A stretch of DNA of 64,000 nt, taken from NCBI GenBank assembly GCA_964571255.1, contig CAZNAA010000001.1, positions 620,666 to 684,665 of the forward strand, read 5' to 3'. The translations under genes were made by a program, and so were the position numbers. Below are positions 19,868 through 27,657 of the stretch, piece after piece (the first letter of the stretch is position 1; the number at the start of each line of letters is the position of its first letter). The notes under the pieces were generated by a model that had not been told where the DNA came from, searched no databases, and saw nothing but the letters and a program-made list of their open reading frames with translations. This stretch comes from an uncultured Gammaproteobacteria bacterium. GTDB taxonomy: Bacteria; Patescibacteriota; Microgenomatia; Levybacterales; UBA12049.

Positions 19868-22258
19868 TTAATAGTGGACTTTACGACGAGCTGAGGAGGA
19901 AGGAGATGAACTCCGTCCGTCCCGAGAAGCATTTTGTCTTTTAAGTTGTTCTGTTAACGGATGAAGTGGTGGTCTATCACTACTTGATCTCTCTGGTCTA
20001 GGTCCCCTGTATCCTCCACTAGCTGCTCTAGGTCCACGATCTCCACCACGTCTATCTCCTCCACGATCTGAATAAGGAGGGCGACTTGTGCCTCCACCTT
20101 CTCTTCGAGGTCCACGATCTCCACCACCACTACTTCGTGCTGGTCCTGTATCTTCACTATCTAAAAGCATAGTCAAATTAATTCGTCCTTGATCATCAAT
20201 TTCAACTACGCGCACCTTTACCATTTGTCCAAGTTGGACAACGTCTTCTGGACTGTTTACAAATTCTTTGGACATTTTGGAAACATGAACAAGTCCTTCT
20301 TTTCCAGGAAGTACCTCAACAAAAGCTCCAAAATTTAAGATTCGTTTTACTTCTCCTTCAAATTCTTCCCCAACCATTACTTCTCGCATCATGCCAGTAA
20401 CCCAATCAACTGCTTTTTGAACTGATGCTTCGTCCACTCCTGAGACCGTAACAGTTCCATCATCTTCAACATCAACCGTTGCACCAGTTTGAGCAATGAT
20501 ATTTTTAATCACTTTTCCTCCAGGCCCAATGAGTTCTCCAATCTTGTCAACGGGAATTTGGAGTGTTTCAATCTTTGGAGCATACATCGAAACTTCTTTT
20601 CGAGGCTCTGCAATCGTTTTTGTCATGGTCTCAAGAATTTGCATTCGAGCTGTCTTTGCTCGAGCAAAGATTTCAGCAATTTCCTCAACTGAAAGACCTG
20701 GAATTTTTACATCCAACTGAATTGCCGTAACTCCTGTGTCAGTTCCTGCTACTTTGAAATCCATATCCCCTGAGAAGTCTTCAAGACCAATAATGTCTGT
20801 AAGAAGCGCTGATGCACCATCAACTGACATTCGTCCAATCGAAATTCCTGCAACTGGCTTTAAAATGGGAACTCCAGCATCCATTAGAGCAAGAGTTGAT
20901 CCACAGGTTGATGCCATTGAGGATGATCCATTTTGGGAAAGAACTTCAGATACGAGTCTAATGGTATAAGGGAAGTCTTTTTGTGAAGGGATTACTGCTT
21001 GCAAAGCTCGTTCTGCAAGTGCTCCGTGTCCAATCTCACGCCGAGATGGAGAGCCAATTCTTCCTGCTTCTCCAACGGAGAAAGGTGCTGCGGAGTAGTG
21101 ATGGATATAGCGTTTTGACTCTTCACCTTCTGCTGACTCAATAAGAAGCTCCATACGAGGGGATCCAAGCGTTGCAATGGTTAGAGCCTGAGTAAGACCG
21201 CGTTGGAAAACAGCTGAACCGTGAGTTCGTGGAAGAACTCCAACTGTGGTAGTGATTTCTCGGATTTCATCCATTTTTCGTCCATCAGGTCGTTTAGATT
21301 TTTCAACTACATTTGATCTAATTTTTTTAAACATCAAATACTCAACAGCTTTGGATAGAAGTTTTTTATCCATAGTTGTATTTGGATCTGCCATTTTGGC
21401 ATCAGTAGAGATAGCAGTTAGCAAATCATCTGTCTCTGTTCCTGAGCCTTCTTTATTAGCCCTCGTTGCGATCAGTCCTTCAACCTCTTTGGCATAGCCT
21501 TTTTCAACAAATTTAACAGCATCCATAAGCGCTGTATTTTGTGGAACAGCTTGTTTTTTCTGTCCAACCTTTTTGACTAATTCTTCAATAAGTGAGAGAA
21601 TTTTTGCTGTTTCTGTATGAGCCATTTTTACTGCTTCAACTAACACTTCCTCAGAAACTTGAAGAGCTCCAGCTTCAATCATGTTGGTCTTATCTTTAAG
21701 TTGGGAGAAAACGATATCTAAATCCGAATGCTCTGCTTCACTTGCAGTTGGATTTGGAAGAAATTGTGACGAATTTCCTTCTTTTTCTGTTATATACCCA
21801 ATACGAACTGCTCCAATTGGTCCACTCCAAGGAATACTAGAAATAGCAAGAGCTGCAGAAACGGCATTAACAGCAACGATATCTGGCTCATGTTCTGAAT
21901 CAACAGATAAAACGGTTGCAATCACTTGTACTTCCTGTTTGAATTCTTTGGGAAAAAGAGGACGAATAGAGCGATCAATAAGACGGCCAATCAGAATAGA
22001 TTCATCTGTTGGACGACCTTCCCGTTTTACCCAACGACTTCCTTTAATGCGTCCGCCTGCATAAAGTTTTTCAACGTATTCAACACTGAGTGGGAAATAA
22101 TCAATATCATCACGTGCTTTACCCTCAACAACGGTCACAAGTACGACAGTATCCCCAAGAGTTGCGAGAACTGATGCGGTTGCTTGTGGAGCAAGAAGCC
22201 CTGTTTCTAATGTTAATGTTTTCCCTGCAAATTCTGCAGATACTGAGGTCTTAGCCAT
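19868..22258 (-). CDS. pnp: polyribonucleotide nucleotidyltransferase
   Basis: RLIDRSIRPLF, RTHGSAVFQRG, RREIGHG, GDMDFKVAG, KH and S1 domains, then an R/G-rich tail. Confidence 0.97.
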   Translation of the reverse strand: MAKTSVSAEFAGKTLTLETGLLAPQATASVLATLGDTVVLVTVVEGKARDDIDYFPLSVEYVEKLYAGGRIKGSRWVKREGRPTDESILIGRLIDRSIRPLFPKEFKQEVQVIATVLSVDSEHEPDIVAVNAVSAALAISSIPWSGPIGAVRIGYITEKEGNSSQFLPNPTASEAEHSDLDIVFSQLKDKTNMIEAGALQVSEEVLVEAVKMAHTETAKILSLIEELVKKVGQKKQAVPQNTALMDAVKFVEKGYAKEVEGLIATRANKEGSGTETDDLLTAISTDAKMADPNTTMDKKLLSKAVEYLMFKKIRSNVVEKSKRPDGRKMDEIREITTTVGVLPRTHGSAVFQRGLTQALTIATLGSPRMELLIESAEGEESKRYIHHYSAAPFSVGEAGRIGSPSRREIGHGALAERALQAVIPSQKDFPYTIRLVSEVLSQNGSSSMASTCGSTLALMDAGVPILKPVAGISIGRMSVDGASALLTDIIGLEDFSGDMDFKVAGTDTGVTAIQLDVKIPGLSVEEIAEIFARAKTARMQILETMTKTIAEPRKEVSMYAPKIETLQIPVDKIGELIGPGGKVIKNIIAQTGATVDVEDDGTVTVSGVDEASVQKAVDWVTGMMREVMVGEEFEGEVKRILNFGAFVEVLPGKEGLVHVSKMSKEFVNSPEDVVQLGQMVKVRVVEIDDQGRINLTMLLDSEDTGPARSSGGGDRGPRREGGGTSRPPYSDRGGDRRGGDRGPRAASGGYRGPRPERSSSDRPPLHPLTEQLKRQNASRDGRSSSPSSSARRKVHY
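20030..20127. repeat. 20-nt direct repeat in the PNPase tail
   Basis: AGGTCCACGATCTCCACCAC at 20030-20049 and 20108-20127, encoding GGDRGP twice on the minus strand. Confidence 0.8.
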
Positions 22259-22310
22259 ATAATATTCTTTCTATATACGAAGCGTATTTGGGGAAAAATC
22301 TAAGTCTAGC

Positions 22311-22580
22311 TTAGTCTTTCATTCCTAATTTCTTTAGTATATCACTCATTCGAGTTTTATCAACCTTTTCTAAAAAGTTAATAAGACGACGTCTTTTTGC
22401 AATCATTGAGAGAAGCCCACGTCGACTATGGACATCATGTGCATGAAGTTTCAAATGTTCTGCAAGTTTTGTGATTCTGGTTGTAAGAAGGGCAATTTGT
22501 ACTTCTGGACTCCCGGTGTCTCCTGGAGTTGTTTGGTATTGTTTAATTACGTCTTGTTTAATTGTTGGTGCTAGTGGCAT
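22311..22580 (-). CDS. rpsO: 30S ribosomal protein S15
   Basis: DTGSPEVQIALLT.RI..L.EHLK.H.HD.HSRRGLL.M..KRRRL. Confidence 0.97.
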   Translation of the reverse strand: MPLAPTIKQDVIKQYQTTPGDTGSPEVQIALLTTRITKLAEHLKLHAHDVHSRRGLLSMIAKRRRLINFLEKVDKTRMSDILKKLGMKD

Positions 22581-22604
22581 ACAAAAGGTATTATAGCACA
22601 TGAC

Positions 22605-22751
22605 TTACTCAGGTGCAAAGAGAATATCATTATCAGTCCGGCTTAGTCGAAGAGTACTAGATTCTTTAACTACTAAACATACTGCAGAAGTTGTCTTTGA
22701 AACAGGGGTTAATTCAAGAGGGTTAAGAAAAATAGCAGTCGTTTCAACCAT
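22605..22751 (-). CDS. possible 48-aa small protein
   Basis: MVETTAIFLNPLELTPVSKTTSAVCLVVKESSTLRLSRTDNDILFAPE fills the gap between the DHH gene and rpsO on the operon strand. No recognisable motif. Confidence 0.3.
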   Translation of the reverse strand: MVETTAIFLNPLELTPVSKTTSAVCLVVKESSTLRLSRTDNDILFAPE

Positions 22752-22762
22752 ATATTTCTATA

Positions 22763-23893
22763 TTAGACATTTGAGGAGCCTTTATATACTTTAGGGGTTA
22801 GCCAATCAGCAGGAGGAGTATTTTGTCCTTTATCACTTTGTGGTCTACTTTCCTGTTGGACTACTTGTTCCTCAACTACATCAGAAACTGCAGGAACTGA
22901 AAACGCTAAATCTGCAAAAGGATCTCGTTGAGGTTTTGGTTGGGTTGGTTGTCCACCTTGAGTATTTTGATTACTTTGCGATCTTGGTTGCTGTTGCTGA
23001 CGATTTTGATTCTGTTGTTTTGGCTGTTGGTTTCGTTGCGTATTTTGTCCAATTTGATTTTGTTGCTGTAGCTTTGATTGAGCTGGCTGATTTTGTTGTT
23101 TTGGTTGCTGCATTAAACTCATAAAGTCATCTCTGGCTTCAGTATGAAGAGCACGAGCTTGTTCCCGAGTTGCTCCTTTTTTCATGAGTTCTGCTGCCAT
23201 TTCAAAAGCAAGAAAACTCGTATTATCGTTTTGGAAATTATTTGTTCCGTCAATAATTCCAGAAAGGAGGTTTTGGGCTGCGTCTTGATCAATAGAGGTT
23301 TCATATCCAAGGGTTAAAATAAGATCAGCAACTTGCTCAGAAAGAGAAGAGAATCGACCTGAAACTAAATTAATATCGCCATATCTTTCATTACTGTCAT
23401 TATTATCAATATTTACAATCGTTGCATCTGTTAATGAGTCAGCAGCAATAGATGTATACATATCATCGTTATAGGACACCCCGATGGTGAGCAATAATTG
23501 AATAACTCCTGTTCCGCGGGTAAACTTAACACTTTGTTCATCAAAACTCAAACCAATCTCTCCAGCTTTGACTACAATGTTGAGAAAGTTATCATCCATG
23601 GTATAGGAAACGTTCTCAATTTCTCCGTCTTTATACGGGAAGGAAACAATCAAATCGCCTTCATTTGAAGCAGGCTGAGTGTGTACTTGATCAATACCTA
23701 CTAACGAGCCAACAGCAACGGTTGGTTCTGATCCAGTAATAACTTGGGGGGATTTTTGCAAACTACGCAAAACAAGAGATAAAGAAAGAGCTGCAGCCAT
23801 CTGGTCAACGGTTGGATTTTTTCCTACCAAAACCACGATTTTTTCGCTTTTCTCAATGGTACTTTTAAGATTTTGCAGTAATTGTTCGTCCAT
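22763..23893 (-). CDS. degenerate DHH/NrnA-family protein with a Q-rich tail
   Basis: Position after infB. IVNIDNN.SNERYG.INLV replaces NIDHH. SSLSEQV, A..LLSGII..T..FQ, AAELM..GA. Confidence 0.75.
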   Translation of the reverse strand: MDEQLLQNLKSTIEKSEKIVVLVGKNPTVDQMAAALSLSLVLRSLQKSPQVITGSEPTVAVGSLVGIDQVHTQPASNEGDLIVSFPYKDGEIENVSYTMDDNFLNIVVKAGEIGLSFDEQSVKFTRGTGVIQLLLTIGVSYNDDMYTSIAADSLTDATIVNIDNNDSNERYGDINLVSGRFSSLSEQVADLILTLGYETSIDQDAAQNLLSGIIDGTNNFQNDNTSFLAFEMAAELMKKGATREQARALHTEARDDFMSLMQQPKQQNQPAQSKLQQQNQIGQNTQRNQQPKQQNQNRQQQQPRSQSNQNTQGGQPTQPKPQRDPFADLAFSVPAVSDVVEEQVVQQESRPQSDKGQNTPPADWLTPKVYKGSSNV

Positions 23894-23909
23894 ATGTAGC
23901 CCTTATTTG

Positions 23910-25337
23910 CTAACTATGGGATAGTATCACATCTCCAGGCTGGATGTCAAGAGGCGTGGAAAGCAGAATTCCTGCTTCTTTTTTCTCCTCAACTTTGGTT
24001 ACTTGGTCTTTTCCTACTCGAAGAGACGAAATGTGTGTTTCGCCAACGATTTCCTCTCCTCTCATGACTCGAATTTTATCTCTTTGGGCAACGCGTCCTT
24101 CCATAACTCGAATGCCAAAGGCAAAACTTTTCTCAAACGGAAATTTGGCCTGCACTTGAGAAACTCCATAAATTTCCTCCATTCCAGCTAGCTGCTTACC
24201 TTCTAATGCATCAGATAACTCATCAATCATTTCATAAATAATCGTATAGTTTTTAGCCAAAACCTTCTCAGTTGAAGCTAGTTTTACAACTTCTGGTCGA
24301 ATTCGGACGTTGAAACTTACGACAAATCCTCCAACTGATTTGGCCATTAAAATATCTGCCTCACTTACTTCTCCTGTTTTAGCGGAAACTACTTTAATCT
24401 CCTTAGGAAGTGAGGCCATAATAGCCTCAAGTGAACCTTTAGTATCAGCAATAAGGATAATAAAAAGACCGGTATTATCAGCATTAGCTTGATACATTGT
24501 TGGGTTTTCCTCAATAACCGGTACTAGTTCATCTTTTGTAGCTTGAATAACACTTCCCACTTCCAAAACTTCACTCATGCCTAAAATCTCTACCCCGTCT
24601 CCAATAATCGCTTCCTGAAGTTGTTTTCCCGTCTCATCCATCAAAGATCTCACCTTAAATTCATGCTGATCTGCATATAACACATCACGCACGGTGAGTT
24701 TGCCATTTTTGACAATAATAGTTGCCTTTGGACCTGATTTGGGATCTCTTTTTGATTCAATTACAACGGCTTTAACAGGAGCGGTAAGGGAAATATCTTT
24801 TGGAGACTGGAATTCCCAGACAAGTAAGATAAGATCTAGTAATTCTTTAATATTATGTCCTGTAGTTGAAGCTACTTCAATAACCGGAGTGTCTCCTCCT
24901 AATCCTTCCATCAACACGCCTTCTCCACTTAACTGTTGTTTCACTCTATCTACATTTTTAGTTGGGAGATCTGATTTGGTTAATACTACGATATAAGGAA
25001 TTTCAGCTTCTTTTAGAAGTGCGATACTTTCCTTCGTTTGAGGCATAACCCCATCATTGGCTGCCACAATTAAAAGACCGATATCAGCTGCATTAGCTCC
25101 CTGACTTCGCATCTTACTAAATGCAGCATGACCTGGAGTATCGATAAAAGTCATTTTTGAAGATTTTCCTTCATGCTCAATACTAATTGAGGACGTTCCA
25201 ATTTTTTGAGTAATTCCTCCGTGTTCTCGAGCTGCAATAGAGGTTTTTCGAATAGCATCAAGAAGTGATGTTTTTCCGTGATCTACATGGCCAAGGACCG
25301 TAACGACAGGGGCAAATGAGTGTTGTTTCTGTTCCAT
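23910..25337 (-). CDS. infB: translation initiation factor IF-2 (short form)
   Basis: PVVTVLGHVDHGKTSLLD, GGITQ, FIDTPGHAAF, GVMPQTKE. No N-terminal extension. Confidence 0.96.
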   Translation of the reverse strand: MEQKQHSFAPVVTVLGHVDHGKTSLLDAIRKTSIAAREHGGITQKIGTSSISIEHEGKSSKMTFIDTPGHAAFSKMRSQGANAADIGLLIVAANDGVMPQTKESIALLKEAEIPYIVVLTKSDLPTKNVDRVKQQLSGEGVLMEGLGGDTPVIEVASTTGHNIKELLDLILLVWEFQSPKDISLTAPVKAVVIESKRDPKSGPKATIIVKNGKLTVRDVLYADQHEFKVRSLMDETGKQLQEAIIGDGVEILGMSEVLEVGSVIQATKDELVPVIEENPTMYQANADNTGLFIILIADTKGSLEAIMASLPKEIKVVSAKTGEVSEADILMAKSVGGFVVSFNVRIRPEVVKLASTEKVLAKNYTIIYEMIDELSDALEGKQLAGMEEIYGVSQVQAKFPFEKSFAFGIRVMEGRVAQRDKIRVMRGEEIVGETHISSLRVGKDQVTKVEEKKEAGILLSTPLDIQPGDVILSHS

Positions 25338-25431
25338 AGTTGTTGTGTGTTATTCATGAGTAAAACAGCTTAGGCTGACTTACTGGGCACCAGTAGGGCT
25401 ATTATAGCGGAAAAAGAATGATTTGGGAAAT

Positions 25432-26601
25432 TTACTCTTTAGTACCGTCTTCAGGAGTTTCAGGAGCTACTTCTTCAGTAACTGGGGATTCTTCTGCACT
25501 TTCAGAAATGTCTTCAGTAGCTTCTACTTCCTCTTTTGGAGCTTCTGAAGCTGTTTCACTTTCAGGTTCTACTTTTTCTGCTGCTGGCTTACTCTCAGCT
25601 ACTTCCTCAACTGACTCTTCTACTACTTCTTCTTTTTTCTCTTCAACTGGAGGAAGTCCTGCTCCTTCAATTTCAATTCTATATCCAGTTAGTTTTGAGG
25701 CTAATCGAACGTTTTGGCCATCTTTTCCAATAGCTAGTGACAATTGATCTTCAGGAACGGTTACTTTTGCTGTTTTTTCCTCTTCATTAATCGTTACACT
25801 AACGTCTTTTGCAGGAGCTAAGGCTTGAGTAATAAAGGACTTATTGTCATCAGTCCATTGGATAATATCAATTTTTTCTCCATTTACTTCCTGCAAAACT
25901 GCCTGAACTCGAACTCCTTTTTGTCCAACACAACTTCCCACAGGATCAATTCCTGGTTGGTCAGAAAACACTGCCATTTTAGTACGAGTCCCTGCTTCTC
26001 GAACAATGGTTCGAACCTCAACACTACCTGACGCTACTTCTGGAACTTCTCGTCTAAATAGTCCTTCAATAAGTCCAGTGTGAGCTCTGGAGACAATAAC
26101 TTCTTCGCCTCTCGTTCCTTCTCGAATTTCTACCAAGTAAAAAGAGAGACGCTGATTTAAGTAATACTTATCAGACCCAACTTGCTCTGATGGAGGCATG
26201 AGCGCTTCAGCTTTTCCAATATCAACAATGATATTTGGTCCTGCAAAGCGAAGAACCATTCCAGCAACAACTGTTCCCATTTTGATTTTGTAATCACTAA
26301 TGATTGCTTCTTTTTCTTTTTCTCTAATTTGTTGGAGGATTACTTGTTTAGCAGTTTGTGCAGCAATGCGGCCAAATCCTGGAGGTGTTACGTCTTTTCC
26401 TTGATGAAGAATTTTTGCTTCCCCTGTACTTTGATTTAATTCAGCTTCATATTCTTCAAGCTCAATTTCTGGATTATCTTTTCTATATGCTGCAAGAATA
26501 GCACTTTTAACCGTATCAAGTACGACTTTAGCATCGACTCCCCTCTCGGTAGCGACTTGGTTTAAAGCTAGTGCAAATTCTGAACGTTGTATAGCTGGCA
26601 T
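25432..26601 (-). CDS. nusA: transcription factor NusA
   Basis: FGRIAAQTAKQVILQ, REAG.RTK.AV, DPVGSCVG..G.RV, LSLAIGKDGQNVRLASKLTG, acidic tail. TGCTATAAT lies 7 nt upstream. Confidence 0.97.
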   Translation of the reverse strand: MPAIQRSEFALALNQVATERGVDAKVVLDTVKSAILAAYRKDNPEIELEEYEAELNQSTGEAKILHQGKDVTPPGFGRIAAQTAKQVILQQIREKEKEAIISDYKIKMGTVVAGMVLRFAGPNIIVDIGKAEALMPPSEQVGSDKYYLNQRLSFYLVEIREGTRGEEVIVSRAHTGLIEGLFRREVPEVASGSVEVRTIVREAGTRTKMAVFSDQPGIDPVGSCVGQKGVRVQAVLQEVNGEKIDIIQWTDDNKSFITQALAPAKDVSVTINEEEKTAKVTVPEDQLSLAIGKDGQNVRLASKLTGYRIEIEGAGLPPVEEKKEEVVEESVEEVAESKPAAEKVEPESETASEAPKEEVEATEDISESAEESPVTEEVAPETPEDGTKE

Positions 26602-26653
26602 GTGAGTAATTATAGCAGAAGAGACCCGAGCATTCAATCCGTACATGAAAGAA

Positions 26654-26867
26654 TTGACAATAAAAGTCCTATAGTTTACAATTGGAACATGGCAAAGATA
26701 GCTTTCTTAAGCTATTTAGTCGTTCTTTAACAGTAATACATGGGTTTTTCATATCTAGCTTAGGAGATAAGGTTATACCTTTTATAGCTTTTTTTCCTAA
26801 GCTAGTAGCAAGGGAATCAATACGCTACCACCTGGTAGCGTATCTCATCCAGCAGGAGGTAGTCACC
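26654..26867 (+). promoter_or_regulatory. sigma70 promoter and structured 5' leader of orphan cassette A
   Basis: TTGACA (26654), 17 nt, TACAAT (26677). Hairpins at 26698-26715, 26755-26805 (22 of 23 pairs) and 26820-26843. SD AGGAGGT. Confidence 0.7.
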
Positions 26868-27467
26868 ATGGCGATCAACGGAAAGTTTGTTGCGTCGGCG
26901 ACGCTACTCGTTAGCCTCTTTCTCTTAGCATTACTAGGCGGAAAGAGCGGAGTGGGGTCAGAACACTACATCCCGCGTCATCAGAGTATTATTCTCATCG
27001 CTACACCCGCACTTGAGCGGGGAGAGTGCTTCGAACTTCGTTTGGAGATCGAGGAAACCTACTCCCCGACCGAACGGATGTATCACACACGAACCTTACT
27101 CACGAAGGAGGATTGGTGCAAGCTGATTGGCGCGGAGCCAGAGCTTGTCTACCAGGTCGGCAAAAATATCCGATCCGCCTCTTCTCAAATATCGATAGAT
27201 GGAGGAACGGTACGGATCGGAGGGCTTCTGAGGCCATTTGGTGCTCAGGAGCACTACAGCGTCACATACCAAGTGACGATAGATACCAGCTGGAAGTGGC
27301 AAGAGAGCTTCGGGTCCAAGGGGCCCGAATACACTCTTTTCCGCATGGGCGATAATCAAAACTCGCCCCCGGCAGATTACATACTCGAAATCACGGAACC
27401 TGAAGGAGTCTCCATTCTCACTGATGAGGGGAGGTATTCCAACTTCGTGATGTCCAAGTCACGCTGA
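26868..27467 (+). CDS. GC-rich orphan, probably secreted or membrane-anchored (199 aa)
   Basis: Strong SD before ATG 26868 and a hydrophobic N-terminus. Composition is visibly more GC-rich than the flanking genes. Confidence 0.7.
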   Translation: MAINGKFVASATLLVSLFLLALLGGKSGVGSEHYIPRHQSIILIATPALERGECFELRLEIEETYSPTERMYHTRTLLTKEDWCKLIGAEPELVYQVGKNIRSASSQISIDGGTVRIGGLLRPFGAQEHYSVTYQVTIDTSWKWQESFGSKGPEYTLFRMGDNQNSPPADYILEITEPEGVSILTDEGRYSNFVMSKSR

Positions 27468-27476
27468 TTGATGAGG

Positions 27477-27503
27477 GGTGGCTGTCCACAGTGGGCGGCC
27501 ACC
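27477..27503 (+). other. GC-rich 3' hairpin of cassette A without a U-tract
   Basis: GGTGGCTGTCCA-CAG-TGGGCGGCCACC followed by TGATCCC. Confidence 0.6.
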
Positions 27504-27657
27504 TGATCCCTATGAAAAAGCCTTTTTGTACCTAGTGAAAATTTTTGAAGTCTTCATTTATCTGCAATTGCGCAGAGAAAAAGGAGATTGAGGAAAGATC
27601 ACAAAATACAAAGCGGTGAGAGGAGCAATCTGCTTCTTCCCCATGTATTACAACAAC

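Noticed and set aside
26682-26867. 62-aa N-terminal extension of the cassette A ORF
   Set aside because: It starts at a TTG overlapping the -10 box and runs through the structured leader. The SD and signal-like sequence support ATG 26868.
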